From: Mycobacterium sp.
Lineage (GTDB): Bacteria; Actinomycetota; Actinomycetes; Mycobacteriales; Mycobacteriaceae
Length of the DNA stretch: 64,000 bases
Reading direction: 5' to 3'
Assembly: GCA_035996225.1 (NCBI GenBank)
Contig: DASYJS010000370.1
Coordinates: 3,917 to 67,916, forward strand
Below, in pieces: positions 18,339 to 26,765 of this stretch (its first letter is position 1; each line of letters begins with the position of its first letter). The notes below the pieces were generated by a model. It was not told the DNA's origin. It ran no database searches and saw nothing but the letters and a program-made list of their open reading frames with translations. The position numbers and the translations under genes were made by a program.

Positions 18339-19754
18339 GTGACCGAGCCGGCCGCGCTCGTGTTCGAGGAACGGCAATTTAGCCTGCCTCAGCTCGACAC
18401 GCTGGCCAACAGTCTGGCCGCGGCCCTGGGCAAACACGGCGTCGCTGCGGGACAGCGGGTTGCCCTCATGTCCTCCAACCGGCCGGAGTTCGTGGCCGTC
18501 CTGCTGGGAATCTGGCGGCTGGGCGCGACGGCGGTGCTCATCAGCCCCGCGTGGAAGCACGACGAGGTCGACCACGCGCTGGCGCTGACCAACCCCAGCC
18601 ACGCGGTCGGGGACCACCCGGTGCTGGCCGGCCTCATGCCGATGCTGCACCTGGACGAACCGGTCACCCCCGCGGAGCCGATATCGATGTCCGCGCTACC
18701 GCGTGCCGACGCGGTGCTGGTGTTCAGTTCGGGCACGACTGGTTTACCCAAGGCCGTCCGGCACACCCACGCAGCGTTGGTCGAGGCCGTGCGGCACTGG
18801 CGCGACGCGTTGCAGCTGACGCGGCGCGACCGAATTCAGGTCGCCACACCGCCGTCGCACATCCTGGGTCTGCTTAATATCGTTACGGCGTTGCGCACCG
18901 GCGCCCGGCTGCGACTGCACCCTCGCTTCGACATCGAGCAGATGTTGCATCACATCGAAAAGGACCGCATCACAGTCGAAATGGCGGTCGCGCCGATCGC
19001 CCTGGCCATCGCCTCACACCCGACGCTGGAGTCATACGACTTGTCGTCACTGCGCTTCATCATGTGGGGCGCAACGCCGGTCAGCGCCAGCGTCGCCGAG
19101 ACCGTGACCCGGCGCACCGGCGTCGGGTGGGTTCCGGCCTACGGCACCACGGAACTGCCTGTGATTGCGTGCAATCCGCTTGATGGGGCCCGGCTCGACA
19201 CGGTCGGGCGTTCGGTGCCAGGGGTAGACCTGCGGGTGGCCTCGCTGACGACCGGTCAGCCGGTCGGCCCGGGAGAGGTCGGTGAGATCCAGGCGCGGTC
19301 GACATCGCTGATGGCCGGTTACCTGCCGGCCGAGGCGAGCGGCGAGGCGATGTGCGACGGCTGGTATCGCACCGGGGACGTGGGCTGGCTCGACACCGAT
19401 GGTTGGCTGCGGATCACCGACCGCCTCAAAGAGATGATCAAGGTACGCGGGTTTCAAGTCGCACCAGCCGAAATCGAGACGGTGTTACACGGTCATCCCG
19501 CCGTCAAAGACTGTGCGGTGTTCGGAGTTCCGGACGGGATCAACGGTGAAGCCGTCGTTGCCGCGGTCGCCACGCGCGCCCCTTTTGACGCGGAGGCGGT
19601 CGCCGCCGACCTTACCGCCCGGGTGGACGAGAAGCTGGCGTCCTACAAACACCTGAGCCGCATCGTGTTCGTGCCGGAGATTCCTCGCCTGCCGTCGGGC
19701 AAGGTGCTGCGCCGAGTGCTGAAGGAGCGCTATGGATGTACGTCTCACAGCTGA
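18339..19754 (+). CDS. AMP-dependent acyl-CoA synthetase/ligase (FadD-like)
   Basis: FSSGTTGLPKAV (AMP-binding motif I), YGTTE, YRTGDVG, PSGKVLRR. Confidence 0.88.
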   Translation: MTEPAALVFEERQFSLPQLDTLANSLAAALGKHGVAAGQRVALMSSNRPEFVAVLLGIWRLGATAVLISPAWKHDEVDHALALTNPSHAVGDHPVLAGLMPMLHLDEPVTPAEPISMSALPRADAVLVFSSGTTGLPKAVRHTHAALVEAVRHWRDALQLTRRDRIQVATPPSHILGLLNIVTALRTGARLRLHPRFDIEQMLHHIEKDRITVEMAVAPIALAIASHPTLESYDLSSLRFIMWGATPVSASVAETVTRRTGVGWVPAYGTTELPVIACNPLDGARLDTVGRSVPGVDLRVASLTTGQPVGPGEVGEIQARSTSLMAGYLPAEASGEAMCDGWYRTGDVGWLDTDGWLRITDRLKEMIKVRGFQVAPAEIETVLHGHPAVKDCAVFGVPDGINGEAVVAAVATRAPFDAEAVAADLTARVDEKLASYKHLSRIVFVPEIPRLPSGKVLRRVLKERYGCTSHS

Positions 19755-20640
19755 ACAGCAACAGTTACGGGACGCCGCCGCGAAGCTGGCCGATGATCTT
19801 GGGCCGGCTGCGGTTCAGGACCTTGACGACGACCGCCGAATCGCGCGTCTGGACAGGCAGATTGAGGCGACGGGCTGGAGATCACTGCGCTCCGACGGAG
19901 CCTCCGGTGTCGAAGTCGCAATCGTCGCTGAGGAATTCGGACGGCGATTGGTCGACACACCGTTCCTCGGTCCCGTGCTGGCCGACGACCTGGCACATCG
20001 CATCGGTGCCGATCCCGGCGCTGCGGCGACCGTAGCGGTCGATGATCGCGCGATCGACGCGCGAGGCGCCCGGCGCGCGTTGTTGCTGTCCGGCAACACG
20101 GTGCTGGGCGCGGACTTGGGCGCCGTGCGCGACGGTGCCGATTTGACGAGAGCCGAAGTCGAATTGGTGGGGTCGCCCGAGACACTCGGTGAGCTGCCGG
20201 ACGAAGCGGCGGCACGATGGCAGGCGCTCGCGCTGGTCGCCACATCGGCGGATCTTGTCGGAATTGCCCGGGGTGCGCAGGCCGTCGCCTGCGACTACGC
20301 GAAAATTCGCGAGCAGTACGGCAAGCAGATCGGCTCGTATCAAGCCATCGCTCACCTGCTGGCCGAAAGCCTTGCCCTAATTGAAGGTTCGGTCAGCGTG
20401 CTGCGGCATGCCGCGTGGGGTGTGGACGAACTTGATCCGGCGCAAGCCATCCGGGCCGCCCAGATCGCGAAGGTCTACTGCGCGCGTGCCACCAGAACGG
20501 TCTGTGAGACCGCGGTTCAGGTACACGGCGGCATCGGTAATACCTGGGAGTGCATTGTCCATGTCTATCTGCGCCGCGCCCTGACGTCGACAGAGCTGTG
20601 GCCCGTCACGCTGAAGGAGATCGATCTTGGACTTTCGTGA
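19732..20640 (+). CDS. Acyl-CoA dehydrogenase-like protein, short 'beta'-type subunit of a heteromeric ACAD
   Basis: 302 aa; lacks the QGFSEPxxGSD region but keeps C-terminal ACAD helices (FGKQIGSYQAIAHLLAE, VQVHGGIG). Overlaps neighbours on both sides. Confidence 0.78.
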   Translation: MDVRLTAEQQQLRDAAAKLADDLGPAAVQDLDDDRRIARLDRQIEATGWRSLRSDGASGVEVAIVAEEFGRRLVDTPFLGPVLADDLAHRIGADPGAAATVAVDDRAIDARGARRALLLSGNTVLGADLGAVRDGADLTRAEVELVGSPETLGELPDEAAARWQALALVATSADLVGIARGAQAVACDYAKIREQYGKQIGSYQAIAHLLAESLALIEGSVSVLRHAAWGVDELDPAQAIRAAQIAKVYCARATRTVCETAVQVHGGIGNTWECIVHVYLRRALTSTELWPVTLKEIDLGLS

Positions 20641-21724
20641 CTCGCCTGAAGAGGCGGCCTTCCGGGAGAGGCTGCGAAATTGGCTTTCGGCCCACGCCAA
20701 GGAATTTTCCGGCTCAGGCGACGAGTATTGGGCGCGCATGGCCGACTGGCATCGCGCCCTGTACGAGAACGGCTTTTTCGGCCTGTCCTGGCCACGCGAT
20801 TGGGGCGGACAGGACCTGGCGCCGGTGTACGACGTCATCGTTGACGAGGAGTTGGTGCGTGCCGGCGCCCCGCCGCGCCCCAGCGTCGGCTATCTGGTGT
20901 ACGGCATCGGCGCGCACGGCGGCGACGAGCTCCGGAAACGCTTCCTGCCCGGCATCATCAACGGCACCGAGCGCTGGTGCCAGGGCTTCAGCGAACCCGG
21001 CGCGGGCTCGGATCTGGCGTCGCTGACCACGACCGCCACCCGGGACGGCGACAACTACGTCGTGCACGGGCACAAGATCTGGACCAGCTACTCCGATGTG
21101 GCCGACTGGTGTCTAGTGCTCGCCCGCACCGATCCCGACGCCAAGCGGCACCGGGGTCTGTCGGCGTTCGTGATCGCGATGAAACAGCCTGGCGTGCAAC
21201 AGCGTCCGCTGCGCATGATGAACGGGGTCACCAACGAGTTCGGACAGGTGTCCTTCGACGGCGCCACGGTGCCGGCGGACCGGATGGTCGGTGCCCCCGG
21301 TGACGGCTGGGCTGTGGCGATGACCGTCGTCGGACACGAGCGCGAGCCCTCAACGCTCGGCTATGCCGCGCGCTACGGCAAGCTTGTCCGAGAGCTGTTG
21401 GCGCACTGGGTTGATCGCGAAGGTCCGGTTCCTGAAGAGCTGGCGTGGGCGGCGGTTCAGTCAGATATGCTGACCCATCACGTGCGGCGTCGGCTGTCCG
21501 AACAGCTGGACGGGGTGTCGCACGGGTCGGAAGGCTCGCTGGACAAGTTGCTGATGACCTGGGTCGAACAATCCGTGGGGCACGCCGCATTGGCAGTCAC
21601 CGGGACCCGCGACCCAGATCTGCTGGGCGCCTACCTATACAGCCGCGCGCAAAGCGTCATGGGCGGGACATCACAGATACAGAAAAACATCATCGCTTCG
21701 CGCATCTTGGGATTGGGAGTTTGA
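20627..21724 (+). CDS. Acyl-CoA dehydrogenase, 'alpha'-type subunit
   Basis: WCQGFSEPGAGSDLASL, HGHKIWTSY, GGTSQIQKNIIA. TTG start with GAAGGAGA 6 nt upstream. Confidence 0.88.
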   Translation: MDFRDSPEEAAFRERLRNWLSAHAKEFSGSGDEYWARMADWHRALYENGFFGLSWPRDWGGQDLAPVYDVIVDEELVRAGAPPRPSVGYLVYGIGAHGGDELRKRFLPGIINGTERWCQGFSEPGAGSDLASLTTTATRDGDNYVVHGHKIWTSYSDVADWCLVLARTDPDAKRHRGLSAFVIAMKQPGVQQRPLRMMNGVTNEFGQVSFDGATVPADRMVGAPGDGWAVAMTVVGHEREPSTLGYAARYGKLVRELLAHWVDREGPVPEELAWAAVQSDMLTHHVRRRLSEQLDGVSHGSEGSLDKLLMTWVEQSVGHAALAVTGTRDPDLLGAYLYSRAQSVMGGTSQIQKNIIASRILGLGV

Positions 21725-21725
21725 C

Positions 21726-22493
21726 GTGTACGACATGCCTGCTGAAATCGATGTCCGTGCCGACGGCGCGTTACGGATCATCACGCTGAACCGGCCGGAT
21801 TCGCTGAACTCGGTCAACGACGACCTACACTCCGGGCTTGCCCGGATATGGCAGCGATTGACCGATGACCCCACAGCCCGCGCGGCGGTGATCACCGGTG
21901 CCGGCAGGGCGTTTTCGGCGGGCGGTGATTTCGGGTATCTCAAGGAATTGTCCGGCGATGCCGACCTGCGGGCCAAGACCATCCGAGACGGACGCGAGAT
22001 CGTTCTGGGCATGGCCCGGTGCCGAATTCCCGTGATAGCGGCCGTCAATGGGCCCGCCGTCGGCCTGGGCTGCAGCCTCGTCGCGCTGAGCGACATCGTC
22101 TACATCGCCGAAGACGCCTACCTCGCCGACCCGCATGTGCAGGTGGGGCTGGTAGCCGCCGATGGCGGGCCGTTGACCTGGCCGCTGCATATCAGCCTGC
22201 TGCTGGCAAAGGAATACGCGCTGACCGGCACCCGAATCAAAGCGCCACGAGCCGTCGAACTTGGCCTGGCCAACCACGTCGCAGCCGATCCCGTCGCGGA
22301 GGCAATCGCTTGTGCCAAAAAGATTTTGGAGCTGCCCCAGCAGGCCGTGGAGAGCACCAAGCGGGTGCTCAACATTCATCTGGAGCGTGCAGTGCTCGCC
22401 ACCCTGGACTATGCCCTCTCGGCCGAAAGCCAGTCATTCGTGACCGAGGACTTCCGGGCGATCGTCGAGAAGCTGACCGCCGGTAAGGACTGA
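21726..22493 (+). CDS. Enoyl-CoA hydratase/isomerase (crotonase) family
   Basis: ITLNRPDSLNSV, ITGAGRAFSAGGDF, AAVNGPAVGLGC. Confidence 0.88.
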   Translation: MYDMPAEIDVRADGALRIITLNRPDSLNSVNDDLHSGLARIWQRLTDDPTARAAVITGAGRAFSAGGDFGYLKELSGDADLRAKTIRDGREIVLGMARCRIPVIAAVNGPAVGLGCSLVALSDIVYIAEDAYLADPHVQVGLVAADGGPLTWPLHISLLLAKEYALTGTRIKAPRAVELGLANHVAADPVAEAIACAKKILELPQQAVESTKRVLNIHLERAVLATLDYALSAESQSFVTEDFRAIVEKLTAGKD

Positions 22494-22519
22494 GCCGCAA
22501 TCGCGGCTCAGTCCTTTTC
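22490..22519. terminator. Intrinsic-terminator-like hairpin between convergent genes
   Basis: CTGAGCCGC-aatc-GCGGCTCAG (9-bp stem) followed by tccTTTTcc. Overlaps the crotonase stop codon and lies 10 nt from the csbD stop. Confidence 0.55.
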
Positions 22520-22528
22520 CGGGCCTGA

Positions 22529-22771
22529 TTAGCTCTTAGCGGCGGCCTTTTCGCGGGCCTCAGCCGTTTTCCCAGCCCCACGGGCCGTCTCGGCTTCTGC
22601 CTCTTTCTTGGCCACGTCCCGCTGTGCCTGCGCCTTGTCCTGCTGGGCGCGGCCTTCCTTGCGAAGGCTCTCGCGGTTGATCAGGATGCCGACGATCTCC
22701 TTGGTCTTCCCGATCGCGTCCTCGACGACGCCCTTGATGCCTTCCACGAGACCACTGTCGCGGTCACTCAT
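22529..22771 (-). CDS. CsbD-family general-stress protein
   Basis: MSDRDSGLVEGIKGVVEDAIGKTKEIVG...LRKEGRAQQDKAQA is typical CsbD. ATG at 22771 with AAGGGGG upstream. The track ORF's 39-aa extension is rejected. Confidence 0.8.
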   Translation of the reverse strand: MSDRDSGLVEGIKGVVEDAIGKTKEIVGILINRESLRKEGRAQQDKAQAQRDVAKKEAEAETARGAGKTAEAREKAAAKS

Positions 22772-22808
22772 ATTGAGCCCCCTTCGTAGTTTGCCGGTCC
22801 AGTGACCC

Positions 22809-22834
22809 GTACCCGAAGAGGACGGCGCAGCAAC
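22809..22834 (-). promoter_or_regulatory. Possible SigF-type promoter for csbD
   Basis: On the minus strand GTTG-16 nt-GGGTAC, about 38 nt upstream of the csbD ATG. Remembered SigF consensus is GTTT-N15-17-GGGTA. Weak. Confidence 0.25.
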
Positions 22835-23031
22835 GTCTAAACAGGTGCCACTGGTGTGGCATAGGTCACGCCGCCCGCCTGCCAGCACCGCAGCGACGCC
22901 GCGGCTGGTCGTGACGACAAGCGTTCGGCGTGTCGGGTAAGCGTGTCGCGGCTGACCGCGTCGACGATCGCCGAGTTGGTGCGCCCGGGCGGCAGGGGTT
23001 AGGCCGGCTTTCTCGGTGAAATTCGAGTGGT

Positions 23032-23904
23032 TCAGCCCTCGTCGTGATGCCGCAGGAAGTCACGCATCACGTCGTCGAACCGGTGCGGCTCCTCGATGAA
23101 AGGCATGTGAGAACTCGACTCGAACAACTCGAACCGCGAGTCCTTAATACGCTGGTGCATCTCCCACATGTGCTCGGGGGCGCATTCGTCGTACCTGCCG
23201 GCGACGACGAGGGTCGGCAACGCGATCTCGTTTAGCCGGTCGAACACGTCCCAGCTGCGAATGGTCCCGACGATGTGAAAGTCGCTGGGGCCGAACATCG
23301 TTTCGAAGACCTCGGCTCCCATACGCAGGAACGCGTCTTGGAGATCGCGCGGCCAGGGACGAACACGGCAGAGATATGTCTCGTTCCAGGTACGGATGGC
23401 GTCCTGGTATTCGGGCGAGTGCGTCGTACCGGCTGCTTCATGACGGTCGATGGCGGATTGAGCGGCCGGGTCCAAGTCGCGCTTCAGCCGAGCCACCATG
23501 TCCGAAAACAAGGGTATGGACGCGATGCTGTTCGAGATGGTCAGGCTGACCGCGGTCGACGGGACGTCGAGCACGTACTGCTGCGCCAACATTCCGCCCC
23601 ACGAATTGCCGAACAGATGGAAGCGTTGCAGGCCGAGCGCTTGGACGACGGCATCCATTTCGGCGACCGAGCGTTCCACCGTCCACAGTTGCGTGTTCGC
23701 CGGGCGTTCGGAGTTTCCGCAACCGAGCTGGTCCCAGAAAATGACCTCGCGCTCGTCGGCCAGGCGTTCCAGCGAAAGCAGGTAGTTGTGCGGTAGGCCG
23801 GGCCCGCCGTGAATGGCAAGGAGCGGAAGACCCGTACCACCGCCGACGCGCTTGAACCAAACGTTTCCGCCCGGGACCGCGATCGTCCCCTGCGACTGAG
23901 TCAT
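23032..23904 (-). CDS. pip: Proline iminopeptidase-family alpha/beta hydrolase (Rv0840c-like)
   Basis: LLAIHGGPG, nucleophile elbow GNSWGG, 290 aa. Confidence 0.86.
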   Translation of the reverse strand: MTQSQGTIAVPGGNVWFKRVGGGTGLPLLAIHGGPGLPHNYLLSLERLADEREVIFWDQLGCGNSERPANTQLWTVERSVAEMDAVVQALGLQRFHLFGNSWGGMLAQQYVLDVPSTAVSLTISNSIASIPLFSDMVARLKRDLDPAAQSAIDRHEAAGTTHSPEYQDAIRTWNETYLCRVRPWPRDLQDAFLRMGAEVFETMFGPSDFHIVGTIRSWDVFDRLNEIALPTLVVAGRYDECAPEHMWEMHQRIKDSRFELFESSSHMPFIEEPHRFDDVMRDFLRHHDEG

Positions 23905-24027
23905 TGCTGGGCGTCGCCTCCTACCTGTCGTGAACAGTGTCCGCGGATGGCACGAAATGGTAGTCCGCGTGCCTTTCGACGAGCTGGCGCCTCAGCCAGC
24001 TTCTTGCAACTGAGACTCTCGAACTGA

Positions 24028-24042
24028 GAGAATATTGTTCTC
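24028..24042. promoter_or_regulatory. Palindromic operator candidate GAGAATAtTGTTCTC (site 2 of 4)
   Basis: One mismatch to the perfect palindrome. In the divergent pip/meaB intergenic region, 105 nt before the meaB start. Confidence 0.45.
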
Positions 24043-24146
24043 ATGAATGTGCTGGCGGCTCTCGATTCCCGCATTGTGCTGGCTGAACTGGAGAAGACCT
24101 GTGCCCGAAGCTGTCATCGTGTCCATCGAGGTCCCGGCGCCATAAT

Positions 24147-25040
24147 GTGTCCATGACGATCGCCGACCTAATTGCCGGTGCGCGCAACGGATCTCCGCGT
24201 GCGGCGGGTCGGCTGCTCAGCCTCGTCGAGGGGGAACGGCGCGACGAGGTGCTGGCCAGCATCGGTCCGGCCACTGCCCTCGAGGTGGGTGTCGTCGGTA
24301 TCACCGGGCCGCCCGGCGCGGGTAAGTCGACGACGGTCGCCGCCCTCGTCGGCGCCTACCGCGAGCGTGGCCGCCGGGTAGCCGTGCTGGCCGTGGACCC
24401 GTCGTCGCCATTCAGCGGCGGCGCGCTGCTGGGCGACCGAATCCGAATGGCCGCACATATCAACGACTCTGAGGTGCTGATCCGCTCGGTGGCAAGCCGC
24501 GGTCATCTCGGAGGCCTGGCCGCCGCGGTTCCGGCCGCCATCCGACTGCTGGGTGCAATCGGGTACGACATGGTTCTGCTGGAAACCGTGGGAGTGGGGC
24601 AGTCGGAGATCGAGATCGCCGCCGTCGCCGACCCCACCATCGTCATCCTCAACCCCGGGGCGGGCGATGCGGTCCAGGCCGCCAAGGCGGGGGTGCTGGA
24701 AGTCGCCGACATCGTGGCGGTCAACAAGGCCGATCGGGATGGTGCCGAACAGACCGTCCGGGATCTGCGGGCCGAGACCAAGGCTCCCATCGTGAGCCTC
24801 ATCGCCGCTCGGGGCGTGGGTATCGCCGACCTCGTTGCCGCCATCGACGACCATCGCCGCACCGACAGCCGTGAGCGTCGGCTGGCTCGTGCCCGAGCCC
24901 AGATTCTTTCGCTGGCACAAACCCAGCTGCGGACCCAGCCCGATCTCGACGGGCTGGCGGAGGCAGTGGTCGACGGCCAGGACGACCCATATTCGGCCGC
25001 CGAGCGGCTACTGTCGCGCGCAGGTCAGCGCCAGGATTGA
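24147..25040 (+). CDS. meaB: MeaB/ArgK-type G-protein metallochaperone for B12-dependent acyl-CoA mutases
   Basis: P-loop GPPGAGKST, DPSSPFSGGALLGDRIRM, NKAD (VNKADRDG). GTG at 24147 or ATG at 24153. Confidence 0.9.
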   Translation: MSMTIADLIAGARNGSPRAAGRLLSLVEGERRDEVLASIGPATALEVGVVGITGPPGAGKSTTVAALVGAYRERGRRVAVLAVDPSSPFSGGALLGDRIRMAAHINDSEVLIRSVASRGHLGGLAAAVPAAIRLLGAIGYDMVLLETVGVGQSEIEIAAVADPTIVILNPGAGDAVQAAKAGVLEVADIVAVNKADRDGAEQTVRDLRAETKAPIVSLIAARGVGIADLVAAIDDHRRTDSRERRLARARAQILSLAQTQLRTQPDLDGLAEAVVDGQDDPYSAAERLLSRAGQRQD

Positions 25041-25166
25041 CGGTCGCCTGTCCCCCAATCGGGGGAACGCGAGTTCATCCCTATTGCGGTCCGATCGGCG
25101 GAGGTTTGCCCAGGTAAATCCGCCTAACTTGTCTTCTGTATCCACAACGAGTTAGGAGACCGGAGT

Positions 25167-26063
25167 ATGACTCGCACACCTGAAATGTCAGCGGCGCGGT
25201 TGAGTGAGCAGCTGGAGCTGTACCGCCAAATGTGGGTCTTGCGCCTACTCGACATGGCAGTGGAGGAGTTGCGGATCGACGGTCTGCTCAACCAACAGGT
25301 CCAGGCCGCGTTCGGCCAAGAGGCGGTGGCCATCGGCACCGCCGCGGCACTTCGTCCGGGCGACACTATGACCACCGGCATAATCCATCTGCAGCACGCC
25401 CAGCAGATCGGTTGCGCGATGCCACTGGGCCCGGCCATCGCTGCGTTGATCGGCCCCAGCTTCGGCTCGGACAGCGACGAGGAAGTTCCGTTCGTGGCTT
25501 CCGTTCGTGGCTTGTCTTCTCTCTCTGGCGATTTGCAGCAGTCACCCTTGCTGGCTGTGGGACACGCCTACGGCAAGCAACTGATCAATGATGGCGAGGT
25601 CACGGTCTGCGTCATGGACGATCGTCATGCGAACTCCGCAGATTTCGCCGAGGCCGCGAACATCGCCCTGTCCTGGCAACTTCCGGTGGTGTTCGTCGTC
25701 GAGAATGTCCGTGAGACCGAGGCGAGCCAGTGCCACGGGATGCCGGTGCTACCCGTCGACGGCAACGACGTTGAGGCGGTTCGTGACTCGGTCGCCGAAG
25801 CCGTGCGACGAGCCGGCGCCGGCGGAGGTCCCGTTCTCGTTCGGGCGGTCACCCAACACGCGAACGGTGTCTCCTCGGTGGACCCGCTGGTCCTGGCGAG
25901 GCAAAAGTTGATCGGCGCCGGCATCAGCGCCAGCCACCTCTACGAGGTAGAGCGCCGAGCTCGCCGCCTGGTTGCCGAGGCCGAGGCCCACGCAAAGGCC
26001 ATGTTCCGGGCAGAGGAGCCGGCACCGATACGAGAGCCGGAAGCGTGGCCGGCAGCTAGTTGA
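25167..26063 (+). CDS. 2-oxoacid dehydrogenase E1 alpha-subunit homologue with degenerate ThDP motif (Rv0843-like)
   Basis: E1-alpha-like blocks (YRQMWVLRLLD, AFGQEAVAIG, WQLPVVFVVEN). The GDG...NN ThDP motif reads MDD...ENV. No E1-beta gene is adjacent. AGGAG lies 8 nt before the ATG. Confidence 0.78.
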   Translation: MTRTPEMSAARLSEQLELYRQMWVLRLLDMAVEELRIDGLLNQQVQAAFGQEAVAIGTAAALRPGDTMTTGIIHLQHAQQIGCAMPLGPAIAALIGPSFGSDSDEEVPFVASVRGLSSLSGDLQQSPLLAVGHAYGKQLINDGEVTVCVMDDRHANSADFAEAANIALSWQLPVVFVVENVRETEASQCHGMPVLPVDGNDVEAVRDSVAEAVRRAGAGGGPVLVRAVTQHANGVSSVDPLVLARQKLIGAGISASHLYEVERRARRLVAEAEAHAKAMFRAEEPAPIREPEAWPAAS

Positions 26064-26709
26064 GCACACCTTGCCGCATTGCCTCGGCGACAGCGGCCGC
26101 GCGATCGCTGACGCCGAGCTTCTCGTATAGCCGCTGCACATGCGTTTTGACTGTGGACGGCGCCACGAACAGCTCAGCCGCGATCGTGGGGATGCTCTGA
26201 CCGCGAGCAATCCCATTGAGCACCTCGCGCTCTCGAGCGCTGAGGACAGGAGCCGTCGGCTCTGCCCGCTGGCGAATCTGTGCGGCAAGACCTCCGGCAA
26301 GCGAGGGTGCCACCACGTCGCGTCCGCTCGCGCAATCGAGCACGGCTTTGACGATCTCGCTACGCGTCGAGTCCTTGAGGAGAAAGCCGGCGGCGCCCTG
26401 CTGCAACGCTTGATAGACGATCGCCGACTCGTCGTGAGCCGACAGCAGCAGCACGCGTGTGGGCAATTCGTTACTTCGCACCGCCGCCGCTACTTGCGCG
26501 CCATCCATGCCGGGCATCCGGAAGTCGAGCAACGCAACGTCGGGACGGTGCTTCTTGATCAGTTCCAGTGCCTGCGTCCCGTCGTCCGCCTCGCCGACGA
26601 CGTTCACCAAGCCGCTCAACGCAAGCGCGCGCACGACTCCTTCACGGAAGAGCGGGTGGTCATCGCCGACGACGACACGGACTTTCTCGGGCGTTGCTGC
26701 GCCGGCCAT
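26056..26709 (-). CDS. narL: NarL/FixJ-family response regulator NarL
   Basis: PEKVRVVVGDDHPLFREGVVRAL...LSAREREVL...TVKTHVQRLYEKLGV is nearly identical to remembered Rv0844c. ATG at 26709 preferred. Confidence 0.92.
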   Translation of the reverse strand: MAGAATPEKVRVVVGDDHPLFREGVVRALALSGLVNVVGEADDGTQALELIKKHRPDVALLDFRMPGMDGAQVAAAVRSNELPTRVLLLSAHDESAIVYQALQQGAAGFLLKDSTRSEIVKAVLDCASGRDVVAPSLAGGLAAQIRQRAEPTAPVLSAREREVLNGIARGQSIPTIAAELFVAPSTVKTHVQRLYEKLGVSDRAAAVAEAMRQGVLN

Positions 26710-26765
26710 GGCGGACAGTGTAACGGTTTGCCGTACCAGCGCCGTTCGCCACCGCGGACGACCTG

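Noticed and set aside
18159-18650. Upstream part of the 264-aa ORF containing the 2Fe-2S ferredoxin
   Set aside because: Beyond 18338 it is antisense to the acyl-CoA synthetase gene, and the sequence has no reductase (FNR) motifs. Only the C-terminal roughly 100 aa resemble a ferredoxin.
25051-25066. Hairpin TCCCCC-aatc-GGGGGA just after the meaB stop
   Set aside because: The stem is short (6 bp) with no T-tract and the next gene follows on the same strand. It could be an attenuator or terminator, but the evidence is insufficient.
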